Positions 1 through 9,364 of a DNA stretch of 64,000 nucleotides are shown here, in pieces (positions within the stretch are counted from its first letter, which is position 1; every line of letters starts with the position of its first letter). Source of the stretch: an uncultured delta proteobacterium (GTDB lineage: Bacteria; Myxococcota; Myxococcia; Myxococcales; Myxococcaceae). The stretch spans positions 96,001-160,000 of the forward strand of contig CAWCKH010000002.1 of NCBI GenBank assembly GCA_963796055.1, written 5' to 3'. The position numbers and the translations under genes are program-made. A model generated the notes under the pieces. That model was not told where the DNA came from. It did no database searches and saw only the letters and a program-made list of their open reading frames with translations.

Positions 1-436
1 CCGGGGTCTGGAGGAACATCTGCTCGACCCGGAAACGGACCGCCACCGCAGGCCAGAGCTGGGTCCGCATCACGAAGGACCGCGGGACGCCCAGCGGCTC
101 GAGCATCCGGGCGAACCGGGCGCGGTACTGGTCCATGAGGGGGCGCTCGTCCTCCCCTGCCGGCCGGGTCTCCACCACCGCTCCCTTGAGCTGCACCGAG
201 CGGTTGTCCTGGGGGTCGCTGAAGACCAGTGCTACCCGGCGGTTGCCCTCGACGTTCTTCAGCATCTGGCCGGCGCTGGAGGCGGCCACGAGGAAGGTGA
301 TCTCCTGGCCCCCAGGCTCGACGCGCACTCCCGCGGGCCTCACCACATCGGGGACCAGACGGTCGTCCCGGGTCGCCGCGCCGAGCACCAGCCCGGAGGT
401 GAGGAACTCGATGAGGGCAGCGTCGAGCGTGACCAC
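1..436 (-). CDS. Pyridoxamine 5'-phosphate oxidase-like (FMN-binding split barrel) protein, 3' end runs off the window
   Basis: Not in the ORF track. Manual translation from GTG at 436: MVTLDAALIEFLTSGLVLGAATRDDRLVP...NRRVALVFSDPQDNRSVQLKG...FRVEQMFLQTP. The SVQLKG and QTP(GP) motifs fit this family; GC3-rich codons. Confidence 0.75.
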   Translation of the reverse strand, partial: MVTLDAALIEFLTSGLVLGAATRDDRLVPDVVRPAGVRVEPGGQEITFLVAASSAGQMLKNVEGNRRVALVFSDPQDNRSVQLKGAVVETRPAGEDERPLMDQYRARFARMLEPLGVPRSFVMRTQLWPAVAVRFRVEQMFLQTP

Positions 437-492
437 GCGCGAAGGAGGTTCTACCCTTCGCGCGCCGGATCTGTCATCCGCCGCGCTGCGGG

Positions 493-1167
493 TCAGGCTG
501 CGGTGTCGAGACCGACACGCCGGGCAGCCTTCTCCCAGCGGTCCGGACCGAGCACCTCGCGGGCGAGACCCGACAGCTGCGAGAACACCGGCGGGGGCAT
601 CTGGGCCCGGGCGGCCGACAGCAGCGCCGCACACTCGGGCGTGCTCATCGCCGGGAGCATGAGCCGCATCATCACCGGCATACGCTCGGGCGGGACAGAG
701 GCGCGGATGCGCCCGTCCATCGCGTCCAGCTCCGCTTCGGTCAGATGCGCCCAGAGGACGGGCATGGCCTCGGTCTCCTCCCGGTCCATGTGGCGGAGGT
801 GATCGGCCACCAGCAAGGTCAACGCACGCCCGAGGAGCTGCCCGGCGGCCTCGCGCTCCGGGGTGATGTCGGAGCACGTCCGCGGGAGCAGCGCCCGGAG
901 CTCCGCCTGCAGGCCCTCCAGCCGGCCGTGGTCCGCCTCGAGCGCGGCGAGGAGCGCCGGGGCGTGGCGGGCGACCGCGGGCATGACGAACTCCTCCTCG
1001 TGGTGCGCGTGGCCGTCGAGGAGGTCGAGGAGGGTCGCCACCGTGCGCGCGGCGGTCGAGGCCTCCCCGGGGTGGGCAAACTCGGTCCGGGCGACCAGGG
1101 AGGTGGCGTCGAAGAGCGCGGCGCGGAGCGCCTTGTGGATCGGCTGGTAACGGTTGGGTCGGTTCAT
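493..1167 (-). CDS. Hemerythrin/HHE cation-binding domain protein
   Basis: IHKALR, HAHHEEEFV, ADHGRL and HLRHMDREE give the His/Glu ligand pattern of hemerythrin-like folds. Confidence 0.85.
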   Translation of the reverse strand: MNRPNRYQPIHKALRAALFDATSLVARTEFAHPGEASTAARTVATLLDLLDGHAHHEEEFVMPAVARHAPALLAALEADHGRLEGLQAELRALLPRTCSDITPEREAAGQLLGRALTLLVADHLRHMDREETEAMPVLWAHLTEAELDAMDGRIRASVPPERMPVMMRLMLPAMSTPECAALLSAARAQMPPPVFSQLSGLAREVLGPDRWEKAARRVGLDTAA

Positions 1168-1263
1168 GGACGGACCGTTTGCCAGCTCCGGCGCGCCCCG
1201 GAGCCTAAGACTTCCCTAATTCGGTCCTACAGGCACACCGAGGCCGCACTGGTGAGCGGGACC

Positions 1264-2391
1264 TCAGAAGCGCGCCCTGAACCCGAGCGCCACCCGCCCA
1301 GACACGACGAGCGTGCTGCCCGCACTCCCGGTCGAGGGACTCGAGGGGTCCGAGAGCAGGTCCCACTGCGCACTCCCGGACACCCAGACCGTCCATGCGG
1401 GGTCGATGCGCCACGAGACGCGCAGGCCCGCCACGTGCGCCTGGCCGAGCGAAGAGGCGTACTCCAGGAACTGGTACCAGGGGGCCAGGGTCCAGTTGCC
1501 GAACCGCTGTGAGAGGTTGGGGCTGATGGACCAGCGGACCGGAGCCAGCGGGAACCCGGCCCCCAGCGAGTCTCCTGCCGCGGCGTTGGCCCGCGCGGTG
1601 AAGAACACCGCGGCGGTCGGGTCCTGGTCGTAGCCGTAGTAGCTGGCACCCAGACCGAGATCGGTGCTCGTGCCGAGGGGCTCGAGCAGCGCCAGGGAGA
1701 GAATGAGCTGGTTGAGGCTGTCCTCCCCGCCCCGGAGGTACGGGGCGATGCTGCGGCACCGCTCGTTGTTCGGGGCCAGCCTGCAGAACGCTGCGAGCGC
1801 GGAGCGGATCACGGGATTCCCGTTCCGGTCGACCACGGCGTCCACCCGCTGCTGGGTGGTGAGCAGCGTCCACCCGACGCTCACGTCGATGACCAGCCCG
1901 CCGAGCACGACCCCCAGGAACTCGTTTCCCCCCACCATGAAGGTGGCTCCCCCGAGCGCCCCCACGCTCGAGGTGGCGTTGTAGAGGAGGACGTCGGCCG
2001 GGACCTCGAGGCCGGCAATGACCACCGGCACGACCGCGTCGAAGCTCTGGCTCGCCCGGGGAGAGCCGGACGCCTCGAGATAGACCGTCACCCGCGGCGA
2101 GACGTCCCACTCCAGTCCCCCGGTCACGCTGAGGACCTGGGCGCTGCTGGTCCCGAACGCGCCTCCCTCCGGGGGAGGCGTCGCGGTGTCGTAGGTGTAC
2201 GTGCCGCCCAGCTTCAGGCTCCAGTCGTCGGAGAGGTCGAAACGGAAGGTCAGCTGGTCGGCAATGTGCGGACCATGGGGCGAGGCCGGTGAGGTCTCGC
2301 TCAGGCCCAGGGCCAGCTCGTTGCTGACCGAATGCGCCCAGACCGGCCCGGCCCCGGCGAGGACGAGAAGCAGCAGCCGTCGGACGCGCAT
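1264..2391 (-). CDS. Hypothetical outer-membrane beta-barrel protein
   Basis: Start chosen at ATG 2391 (MRVRRLLLLVLAGAGPVWA signal peptide). Alternating amphipathic strands; C-terminal ALGFRARF ends in Phe. Confidence 0.7.
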   Translation of the reverse strand: MRVRRLLLLVLAGAGPVWAHSVSNELALGLSETSPASPHGPHIADQLTFRFDLSDDWSLKLGGTYTYDTATPPPEGGAFGTSSAQVLSVTGGLEWDVSPRVTVYLEASGSPRASQSFDAVVPVVIAGLEVPADVLLYNATSSVGALGGATFMVGGNEFLGVVLGGLVIDVSVGWTLLTTQQRVDAVVDRNGNPVIRSALAAFCRLAPNNERCRSIAPYLRGGEDSLNQLILSLALLEPLGTSTDLGLGASYYGYDQDPTAAVFFTARANAAAGDSLGAGFPLAPVRWSISPNLSQRFGNWTLAPWYQFLEYASSLGQAHVAGLRVSWRIDPAWTVWVSGSAQWDLLSDPSSPSTGSAGSTLVVSGRVALGFRARF

Positions 2392-2401
2392 CAGCGGACC
2401 C

Positions 2402-2418
2402 CGCAAGACTTGCACCAA
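2402..2418 (-). promoter_or_regulatory. Putative sigma54 -24/-12 promoter
   Basis: Minus strand reads TTGGTGCAAGTCTTGCG: GG-N10-GC with TTGC at -12. Predicted +1 is about 2391, the ATG of the OM protein gene. Confidence 0.55.
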
Positions 2419-2535
2419 ACCGTGGCAACCCGGGAAGGAAGCGAAAGTCTCGCGGGGCTCCCGGGTAGGCCGGGGTGGGAGCCAACGTGGAAGTTGTGGC
2501 TCGGCCCGGGCCTTGCTACTCGTCGGGCGGTCACT

Positions 2536-2913
2536 GTGGTCCGCGCCGCCGCCACCGCCGTCCTGCTTCTCGCCTTCGTCGCCCAGGCGGCGAGCGCCGT
2601 TCACGCGGCGGCGTGTCCGATGCTCGAGCGTGCCGGCGGCGTCATGGACTCGGGCTGCGCGCACTGCCCCCCTCCGCCCCCGGAAGTGACGCTCCACGCA
2701 GCCCTGCCGGACTGCTGCATCGTGCACGCGGCGACGGTGGAGACCGCGGTCTCCGAGCCGGCCCGTTTGTCGCATCCAGCCTCGTCCATCGCGCTGGCTC
2801 CGCCCAGGGTCGTGGTGGGGCCGGTCGCCGTGCCGCCCGCTCGCGCTGCGCTGCCCGCCTCGGACGCGCCGGCACCCCCTCCCCCGCCCAGGAATCTCCC
2901 GCTGCTGTCGTGA
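2536..2913 (+). CDS. Small Cys/His/Pro-rich membrane-targeted protein (DUF2946-like), first gene before the heavy-metal efflux operon
   Basis: Hydrophobic N-terminus, then CPM, CAHC, CC motifs and a polyproline tail APAPPPPPRNLPLLS. Start codon uncertain. Confidence 0.6.
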   Translation: MVRAAATAVLLLAFVAQAASAVHAAACPMLERAGGVMDSGCAHCPPPPPEVTLHAALPDCCIVHAATVETAVSEPARLSHPASSIALAPPRVVVGPVAVPPARAALPASDAPAPPPPPRNLPLLS

Positions 2914-3044
2914 GAAGGGGGCGCCCTTCCCGGCGCTCCGGAAACTGGCCGCGGTGCGCTCGCGCCCGGCTCCTTCCCCGTGACGGCCTGAACGCACCGG
3001 TCCCGGGACGTTCTCTCACCACAGTCTCCGCGGAGGCCTCGCCT

Positions 3045-4433
3045 GTGCCCTCGCTCCTCTGTCTCCTCCTGCTCCAGCTCACCCCGGCCGCGTCGAGTGA
3101 CGACGCCGTTCCCACGCTCCTCCGCGCCGACCCGGCAGATCCGGTCCTCTCCGCCCTGGTGGCCGAGACGCTCGCCCGGAGCCCCGACCACGCCCGCGCG
3201 CAGGCGGAGGTCTCGGCCGAGCGCGAGCGGGTGCCCCAGGCCGGCGCCCTGGCGGATCCAACCCTGGTGCTGGGAATCCAGAACGACGGCTTCAAGGGCA
3301 TCCAGATCGGCGTCATGCCCACCAGCTTCTGGCAGGTGCTCCTGAACGTGCCGCTCTCCTGGCCGGGGAAGCGCGGATACCGGGAGGACGCCGCCGCGGC
3401 CCGGGTGACCGTGTCCGAGGCAGCGCTGCAACGGGTCCGTCTCACCCTGCTCGGCGAGGTAGAGCAGGCGTACCTTTCCCTGAGGCTGATCCGGGGGCAG
3501 CTCGAGCTGCAGACGCGGCTCGAGTCGCTCTGGCAGCAGGCCGAGGAAATCGCCCGTGCCCGCTACCAGGTCGGCGAGGTCCCGCAGTCCGACCTGCTCC
3601 GGGCGCAGCTGGAGCGCACCCGGCTGCGGCTCCAGCGGCTCGGGCTCGAGGCCAGCGAGCGGACCACGCTTCAGGGCATCAACCGGCTCCGGGTCCATCC
3701 GCTGGACGAGCCCATCGACACCCCGATTGCGCTCACCGCCGACCGGCCAGGTCCGCTTCCCCCGGCCGAGGCGCTCCTGGCGGACGCCGAGGCGCGCAGC
3801 CCTGACCTGGCGCTCGCCTCCCGGAGCACGGCGGTGGCCGAGTTGAAGGTGAAGAGCGCGTACCGCGAGCGCTGGCCGGACCTCTCCGTCACCGCAGCAA
3901 TCATGCCCCGAGGTGGGCTCGAGCCGATGTGGGCGGCGAGCGTGGGCATCTCGCTTCCCATCTACTGGTGGGACAAGGGGTCGCGCGCGGTCGACGAGGC
4001 GGAGCAGACGCGGAACGCCGAGCTGCAGGGAGCCGAGTCCGTCCGCCAGCTCCTGGCCCTGCGCACCCGGGAGCGCCACACCGCCCTGGCCGCGGTGCTC
4101 GAGGCGCTGGAGGTCTACCGCCACGGCCTCCTGGTCCAGTCCGACGCCACGGTGCGCTCCACGCTCTTCCAGTACCGGGTGGGCAAGGTGCCCTTCGCCT
4201 CGGTGCTGGAGGTGATGCGAGGCCTGGTGGCGGACGAGGCGGGTTACCTCTCGACCCTCGCCGACGCCGAGCGGCTGCTCATCGCGCTGCGCGAGGTCAG
4301 CCTCCAGCCCCCCTCCGGCGGCGTCGCCTCGTCCGCGGGAGGCACCGTCCCGGGCGCCTCGGCCGCGAGCGGGTCCCGAACCTCTTCCGGAGCGGGCGCG
4401 GCTGCCGCCCCCGCCTCCGCCCCTGGAATGTGA
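3045..4433 (+). CDS. TolC/CusC-family outer membrane efflux protein
   Basis: GTG with GGAGG RBS; signal peptide; two OEP repeats (ARYQVGEVPQSDLLRAQ, QYRVGKVPFASVL). Confidence 0.9.
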   Translation: MPSLLCLLLLQLTPAASSDDAVPTLLRADPADPVLSALVAETLARSPDHARAQAEVSAERERVPQAGALADPTLVLGIQNDGFKGIQIGVMPTSFWQVLLNVPLSWPGKRGYREDAAAARVTVSEAALQRVRLTLLGEVEQAYLSLRLIRGQLELQTRLESLWQQAEEIARARYQVGEVPQSDLLRAQLERTRLRLQRLGLEASERTTLQGINRLRVHPLDEPIDTPIALTADRPGPLPPAEALLADAEARSPDLALASRSTAVAELKVKSAYRERWPDLSVTAAIMPRGGLEPMWAASVGISLPIYWWDKGSRAVDEAEQTRNAELQGAESVRQLLALRTRERHTALAAVLEALEVYRHGLLVQSDATVRSTLFQYRVGKVPFASVLEVMRGLVADEAGYLSTLADAERLLIALREVSLQPPSGGVASSAGGTVPGASAASGSRTSSGAGAAAAPASAPGM

Positions 4434-4444
4434 AGGAGCCCAAC

Positions 4445-5833
4445 GTGAGTACTCGACGCTTCGGTCCGCTGGTCATGGTCACCGCCCTGGTGCTCGGCCT
4501 TGCCGCCGGGGTGGGCGCGACCGCGCTCGTCCTCCGCCGGCCGGCCGCTCCCGCCGTCGCCACCGGCGAGAAGCCCCACGCCCACACCACCTACGTCTGC
4601 CCGATGCATCCGAGCATCACCTCGGACAAGCCGGGCGAGTGCCCCATCTGCGGCATGCAGCTGGTCGCGACGAGCGCACCGGCCGTCCCCGAGCACAAGT
4701 TGCTCTTCTACCGCTCGCCGATGGATCCCAAGGTGACCTCGCCGACGCCTCGCAAGGATGAGATGGGCATGGACTTCGTCCCGATCTACTCGGACGAGGT
4801 GAACGGCGGATCCCCGCCGACGGCCGGTCTCGCCACGGTGGGCATCGATCCGCAGCGCCAGCAGCTCATCGGGCTGCGGACCGCTCCGGTGACCGAGGGC
4901 CCGGTTGGCGGCAGCTGGCGCACCGTGGGTCGCGTGGCGGTGGACGAGACCCGGGTGCACCACGTGAGCCTCAAGTTCTCGGGCTTCATCGAGAACGTCT
5001 TCGTGGACTACATCGGCAAGCAGGTCCGCGCCGGCGAGCCGTTGTTCAGCATCTATAGCCCGGACGTGGTCTCGGCCGAGCAGGAGTACCTCCTGGCTCT
5101 CCGCACGCGCGCCGCGCTCGGGGTCGGCGCCGCACAGGCCGGGGAGGATCTGGTGACGGCGGCCCGGGACCGGCTCAAGCTCTGGGACATCCCGGAGCAG
5201 GAGATCCGCCGCCTCGAGCGCACCGGCAAGGCCCAGCGGACGGTGACCCTCTACAGCCCGATGAGCGGGGTGGTCACGAGGAAGGACGCGGTCATGGGCC
5301 ACCGGGTCGTCGAGGGCGACATGCCCTACGAGATCACCGACCTGAGCCAGGTCTGGGTACTGGCCGACGCCTACGAGTCGGACATCGGTCGGGTGAAGCT
5401 CGGGACTCCCGCCGCGCTCACCCTGCAGGCGTTCCCGAACAAGGAGTTCCCCGGGAAGGTCATCTTCATCGACCCGATCATGGACCCCAAGACCCGCACC
5501 GCGAAGGTGCGGCTCGCCTTCCCCAACCCCACCGGAGAGCTACGGCCGGAGATGTTCGGCGAGGTGACGCTGCGGACGCCGGCGCGCGAGGGGCTCAGCA
5601 TCCCCACCGACGCGATCATCGACTCGGGGACGCGGAAGGTCGTCTTCGTCTCGCTCGGCGAAGGGAAGTTCCGGCCGCGCGAGGTGAAGATCGGGGCGAG
5701 CGACGGCGAGCGCTCGGAGGTGCTGGAGGGGCTCTCGGCCGGGGACCAGGTAGTTACCCGCGCCAACTTCCTGGTCGACTCCGAATCACGCCTCCGGGCC
5801 TCGCTTGGAGCGCTCCAGGGAGCGGCGAAATGA
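4445..5833 (+). CDS. cusB: CusB-family periplasmic adaptor with heavy-metal-binding domains
   Basis: GTG after AAGGAG; YVCPMHP...CPICGMQL and YRSPMDP...DEMGMDFVP metal motifs; membrane-fusion core with LRPEMF. Confidence 0.9.
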   Translation: MSTRRFGPLVMVTALVLGLAAGVGATALVLRRPAAPAVATGEKPHAHTTYVCPMHPSITSDKPGECPICGMQLVATSAPAVPEHKLLFYRSPMDPKVTSPTPRKDEMGMDFVPIYSDEVNGGSPPTAGLATVGIDPQRQQLIGLRTAPVTEGPVGGSWRTVGRVAVDETRVHHVSLKFSGFIENVFVDYIGKQVRAGEPLFSIYSPDVVSAEQEYLLALRTRAALGVGAAQAGEDLVTAARDRLKLWDIPEQEIRRLERTGKAQRTVTLYSPMSGVVTRKDAVMGHRVVEGDMPYEITDLSQVWVLADAYESDIGRVKLGTPAALTLQAFPNKEFPGKVIFIDPIMDPKTRTAKVRLAFPNPTGELRPEMFGEVTLRTPAREGLSIPTDAIIDSGTRKVVFVSLGEGKFRPREVKIGASDGERSEVLEGLSAGDQVVTRANFLVDSESRLRASLGALQGAAK

Positions 5834-8800
5834 TTCGCCGGATCATCCGCTTCTCTGCCGAGCAGCGCTGGCTGGTGCTCACCTCCGCCGTGGTGCTGCT
5901 GGCCATCAGCGTCTGGACCATGCGCAACATCCCCCTCGACGCGCTGCCGGACCTCTCGGACACTCAGGTCATCGTCTACTCGCGCTGGGACCGGAGCCCC
6001 GACATCCTCGAGGACCAGGTCACCTACCCGATCACCGCCGCGCTGCTCGGGACCCCGAGGGTGAAGGCCATCCGCGGCTTCTCCGACTTCGGTTACAGCT
6101 TCGTCTACGTCATCTTCGAGGACGGGACCGACCCCTACTGGGCGCGCACCCGCGTGCTCGAGTACCTCTCGAAGATCACCTCCCAGCTCCCGCCGGGGGT
6201 GAAGACCGAGCTCGGCCCGGACGCGACCAGCGTGGGCTGGGTCTTCCAGTACGCGCTGGTGGACCGGAGCGGGAAGCACAGCTCGGACGAGCTCCGCAGC
6301 TTCCAGGACTGGTTCCTCCGCTACGCGCTGCAGGCGGTGCCCGGCGTATCCGAGGTAGCCACCGTGGGCGGGCAGGTGCGCCAGTATCAGATCACCGTCA
6401 ATCCGAACGCGCTGGCCTCGTACCGGATCCCGCTGGACACGGTGATCCAGGCGGTGCGGCGGGGGAACAACGACGTGGGGGGCCGGCTGGTCGAGATCTC
6501 CGGCCGCGAGTACATGGTCCGCGGCCGCGGCTATGTGAAGTCCGTCCACGATCTCGAGTCCCTGGTGCTCCGGACCGAGAACGGCACGCCGATCACGGTC
6601 AAGGACGTGGCCCAGGTGACCCTCGGTCCGGAGATGCGGCGGGGCGTGGCGGACCTGGACGGCCAGGGCGACGTGGTGGGCGGCATCATCGTCATGCGGC
6701 AAGGTGAGAACGCGCTCTCGGTCATCGAGCGGGTGAAGGCGAAGCTGGCCGAGCTGAAGCCCTCGCTCCCGCCCGGCGTGGAGGTGCTCTCCACCTACGA
6801 CCGCTCCATTCTCATCGGCCAGGCGATCGACACGGTGAGGAGCAAGCTGATCGAGGAGATCATCATCGTCAGCCTGGTGATCCTGATCTTCCTCTGGCAT
6901 TTGCCCTCGGCCATCGTGCCGATCGTCACCATCCCGGTGTCGGTGGCGCTGGCCTTCATCCCGATGAAGCTCTTCGGGCTGAACGCCAATCTGATGTCGC
7001 TGGCCGGCATCGCCATCTCCATCGGGGTGCTGGTCGACGGCGCCATCGTCGAGGTGGAGAACGCCTACAACAAGATCCAGCGCTGGCAGGCGGCGGGCAG
7101 CCCGGGGAGCTTCCACGACGTGCGGCTCGCCGCACTGATGGAGGTGGGCCCGAGCGTCTTCTTCTCGCTGCTGGTCATCGCGGTGGCCTTCCTCCCGGTC
7201 TTCACCCTGGTGGACCAGGAGGGTCGGCTCTTCCGACCCCTCGCCTTCTCCAAGAACTTCGCCATGGCCATCGCCGCGGTGCTGGCGGTGACGGTGGACC
7301 CGGCGCTCCGGATGCTCTTCGCCCGGATCGAGCCATTCCGGTTTCGGCCGCGCGCCCTGAGCTGGCTCGCCAGCGGACTCCTGGTCGGGACCTACCATCC
7401 CGAGGAGCGCCACCCCATCAGCCACTTGCTCCACCGCCTTTACGAGGGGCCCTGCCGGTTCGTGCTCCGGCACGCGCGGGTCGCCGTGCTGGCCAGCATC
7501 GCGCTCGTCGCGCTCACCGTCCCCGTGTACCTCCGGTTGGGCTCGGAGTTCATGCCCCCGCTCGACGAGGGCACCATCCTCTACATGCCCTCGGCGGTGC
7601 AGCCCGGCATGTCGGTGGCCGAGGCGCAGGCCGCGCTCCAGCTGCAGAGCAAGCTGCTCCGGACCTTCCCGGAGGTCGAGCGCGTGTTCGGCAAAGCGGG
7701 CCGGGCGACGACGTCGACCGATCCCGCGCCGCTGTCGATGATGGAGACCACGGTGATGCTCAAGCCGCGAGCGCAGTGGCGAGAGGCCCCCCGCTGGTAC
7801 TCGGGCTGGGCGCCCGGCTGGCTCAAGGCCGTGCTGCGGCCAATCTGGGACGACCGGATCAGCGAGGCCGAGCTGCGCGCCGAGATGGACGCCGCGCTCC
7901 GGCTCCCGGGCATCTCCAACGCCTGGACCATGCCCATCAAGGGCAGGCTGGACATGCTCTCCACCGGCATCCGGACGCCGATCGGGATCAAGGTCTCCGG
8001 GGCCGACCTGGACGAGATCCAGAAGGTCGCCGTGGCCACCGAGGCGGCGCTCTCCAAGGTGCCGGGGACGCGCAGCGTGTACGCCGAGCGCGTGTCCGAG
8101 GGCTTCTTCCTCGACTTCGTGCTCAAGAGGGACCGGCTCGCCCGGTACGGGCTCAGCATCGACGACGCCAATGCCATGGTGCTCACCGCGGTAGGCGGCG
8201 AGGAGCAGAGCGTGACGGTGGAGGGCCGGGAGCGGTACGGCATCAACGTCCGCTACGCCCGCGACTACCGCGAAGACCTCTCGGCGCTGCGCCGGGTACT
8301 GCTGCCGCTGCCGCAAGGGGGGCAAATTCCCATGGAGGAGATCGCCGACGTGGGGCTGGTCCAGGGCCCTTCGATGATCCGCAACGAGAACGGCCTGCTC
8401 GCCGGGTACGTCTACGTGGACTTCGACACCTCCCGGGTGGACATCGGCAGCTACGTCGAGCGGGCGAAGGCGGCGGTCGCGGGTGCAGTGCAGGTGCCTC
8501 CCGGCTACTCCATGTCGTGGAGCGGCCAGTACGAGAACATGCTCCGGGTCCGCGAGCGGCTGAAGTTCATCCTGCCCGTGACCCTCTTCCTCATCTTCGG
8601 GCTGCTCTACATGAACACCCGCTCCGCGACGAAGGCGGGCATCGTGATGCTGGCCGTCCCCTTCTCGGTCATCGGCGCGGTGTGGCTGCTGTGGCTGCTC
8701 GGGTACAACGTCTCCATCGCGGTCTGGGTGGGGATGATTGCACTCATGGGCCTCGACGCCGAGACGGGCGTCTTCATGCTGCTCTTCCTCGACCTCGCTT

Positions 8801-9132
8801 ACGACGAGGCGAAGGCCGCGGGTAGGCTGAGGACACGCGGAGACCTGGTGGAGGCCATCGTCCAGGGCGCGGTCAAGCGGGTGCGGCCCAAGGCGATGAC
8901 CGTGGCCGCGGCGTTCACGGGCCTGCTGCCCATCCTCTGGGCAACCGGAACCGGCGCAGATCTCATGAAGCGGATCGCCGCACCGATGGTCGGGGGGCTG
9001 GTGACGTCGTTCATCCTCGAGCTGCTGGTGTACCCGGCGGTGTACTTCCTCTGGAAAGGCCGGCGGCTGGTGGATGGACCGGCCACGGCGCCGGAAGCCC
9101 GGCCGGGAGAACTGTCGCCTGTCCTCGCCTGA
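5830..9132 (+). CDS. cusA: CusA/CzcA-family heavy-metal RND permease (Cu/Ag type)
   Basis: 1100 aa; LDALPDLSDTQVIV, EFMPPLDEG, TDPAPLSMMET, AWTMPIKGRLDM are CusA-type Met motifs; ATGA overlap with cusB. Confidence 0.95.
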   Translation: MIRRIIRFSAEQRWLVLTSAVVLLAISVWTMRNIPLDALPDLSDTQVIVYSRWDRSPDILEDQVTYPITAALLGTPRVKAIRGFSDFGYSFVYVIFEDGTDPYWARTRVLEYLSKITSQLPPGVKTELGPDATSVGWVFQYALVDRSGKHSSDELRSFQDWFLRYALQAVPGVSEVATVGGQVRQYQITVNPNALASYRIPLDTVIQAVRRGNNDVGGRLVEISGREYMVRGRGYVKSVHDLESLVLRTENGTPITVKDVAQVTLGPEMRRGVADLDGQGDVVGGIIVMRQGENALSVIERVKAKLAELKPSLPPGVEVLSTYDRSILIGQAIDTVRSKLIEEIIIVSLVILIFLWHLPSAIVPIVTIPVSVALAFIPMKLFGLNANLMSLAGIAISIGVLVDGAIVEVENAYNKIQRWQAAGSPGSFHDVRLAALMEVGPSVFFSLLVIAVAFLPVFTLVDQEGRLFRPLAFSKNFAMAIAAVLAVTVDPALRMLFARIEPFRFRPRALSWLASGLLVGTYHPEERHPISHLLHRLYEGPCRFVLRHARVAVLASIALVALTVPVYLRLGSEFMPPLDEGTILYMPSAVQPGMSVAEAQAALQLQSKLLRTFPEVERVFGKAGRATTSTDPAPLSMMETTVMLKPRAQWREAPRWYSGWAPGWLKAVLRPIWDDRISEAELRAEMDAALRLPGISNAWTMPIKGRLDMLSTGIRTPIGIKVSGADLDEIQKVAVATEAALSKVPGTRSVYAERVSEGFFLDFVLKRDRLARYGLSIDDANAMVLTAVGGEEQSVTVEGRERYGINVRYARDYREDLSALRRVLLPLPQGGQIPMEEIADVGLVQGPSMIRNENGLLAGYVYVDFDTSRVDIGSYVERAKAAVAGAVQVPPGYSMSWSGQYENMLRVRERLKFILPVTLFLIFGLLYMNTRSATKAGIVMLAVPFSVIGAVWLLWLLGYNVSIAVWVGMIALMGLDAETGVFMLLFLDLAYDEAKAAGRLRTRGDLVEAIVQGAVKRVRPKAMTVAAAFTGLLPILWATGTGADLMKRIAAPMVGGLVTSFILELLVYPAVYFLWKGRRLVDGPATAPEARPGELSPVLA

Positions 9133-9211
9133 GAGGGGCGGCGGACTTCCCTTCCGGTCCCCGGTTCCGTCTATGCTCGCCGAGCTGGACTTGGCCGGGA
9201 GGGCCCCAGGG

Positions 9212-9364
9212 ATGCACTTCAAGAAGCTGTTCCAGGTGCTGGTGCTCGGTGGTGCGGTGGTGGGAGCAAGCTCGGGCTGCGCGCAGGCCAACGCTCAGGA
9301 CAAGGACAAGAAGCCGCCGGTGGACGCAGGCACCCAGACCGGGGGCGGGGTCAAGGGCTGGTGA
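9212..9364 (+). CDS. 50-aa exported peptide ending GGGVKGW (possible precursor peptide or small lipoprotein)
   Basis: MHFKKLFQVLVLGGAVVGASSGCAQANAQDKDKKPPVDAGTQTGGGVKGW; signal-like N-terminus; coding-like codon use; stop overlaps next start (GTGA). Confidence 0.75.
   Translation: MHFKKLFQVLVLGGAVVGASSGCAQANAQDKDKKPPVDAGTQTGGGVKGW

Noticed and set aside
1205..1230. AT-rich TAGG-containing tract upstream of the hemerythrin, similar to half-sites of the 18-bp box
   Set aside because: Spacing does not match the palindrome; may be another operator but unsupported.
5371..9291. 1306-aa minus-strand ORF
   Set aside because: Antisense shadow of cusA, expected in high-GC DNA; no motifs.
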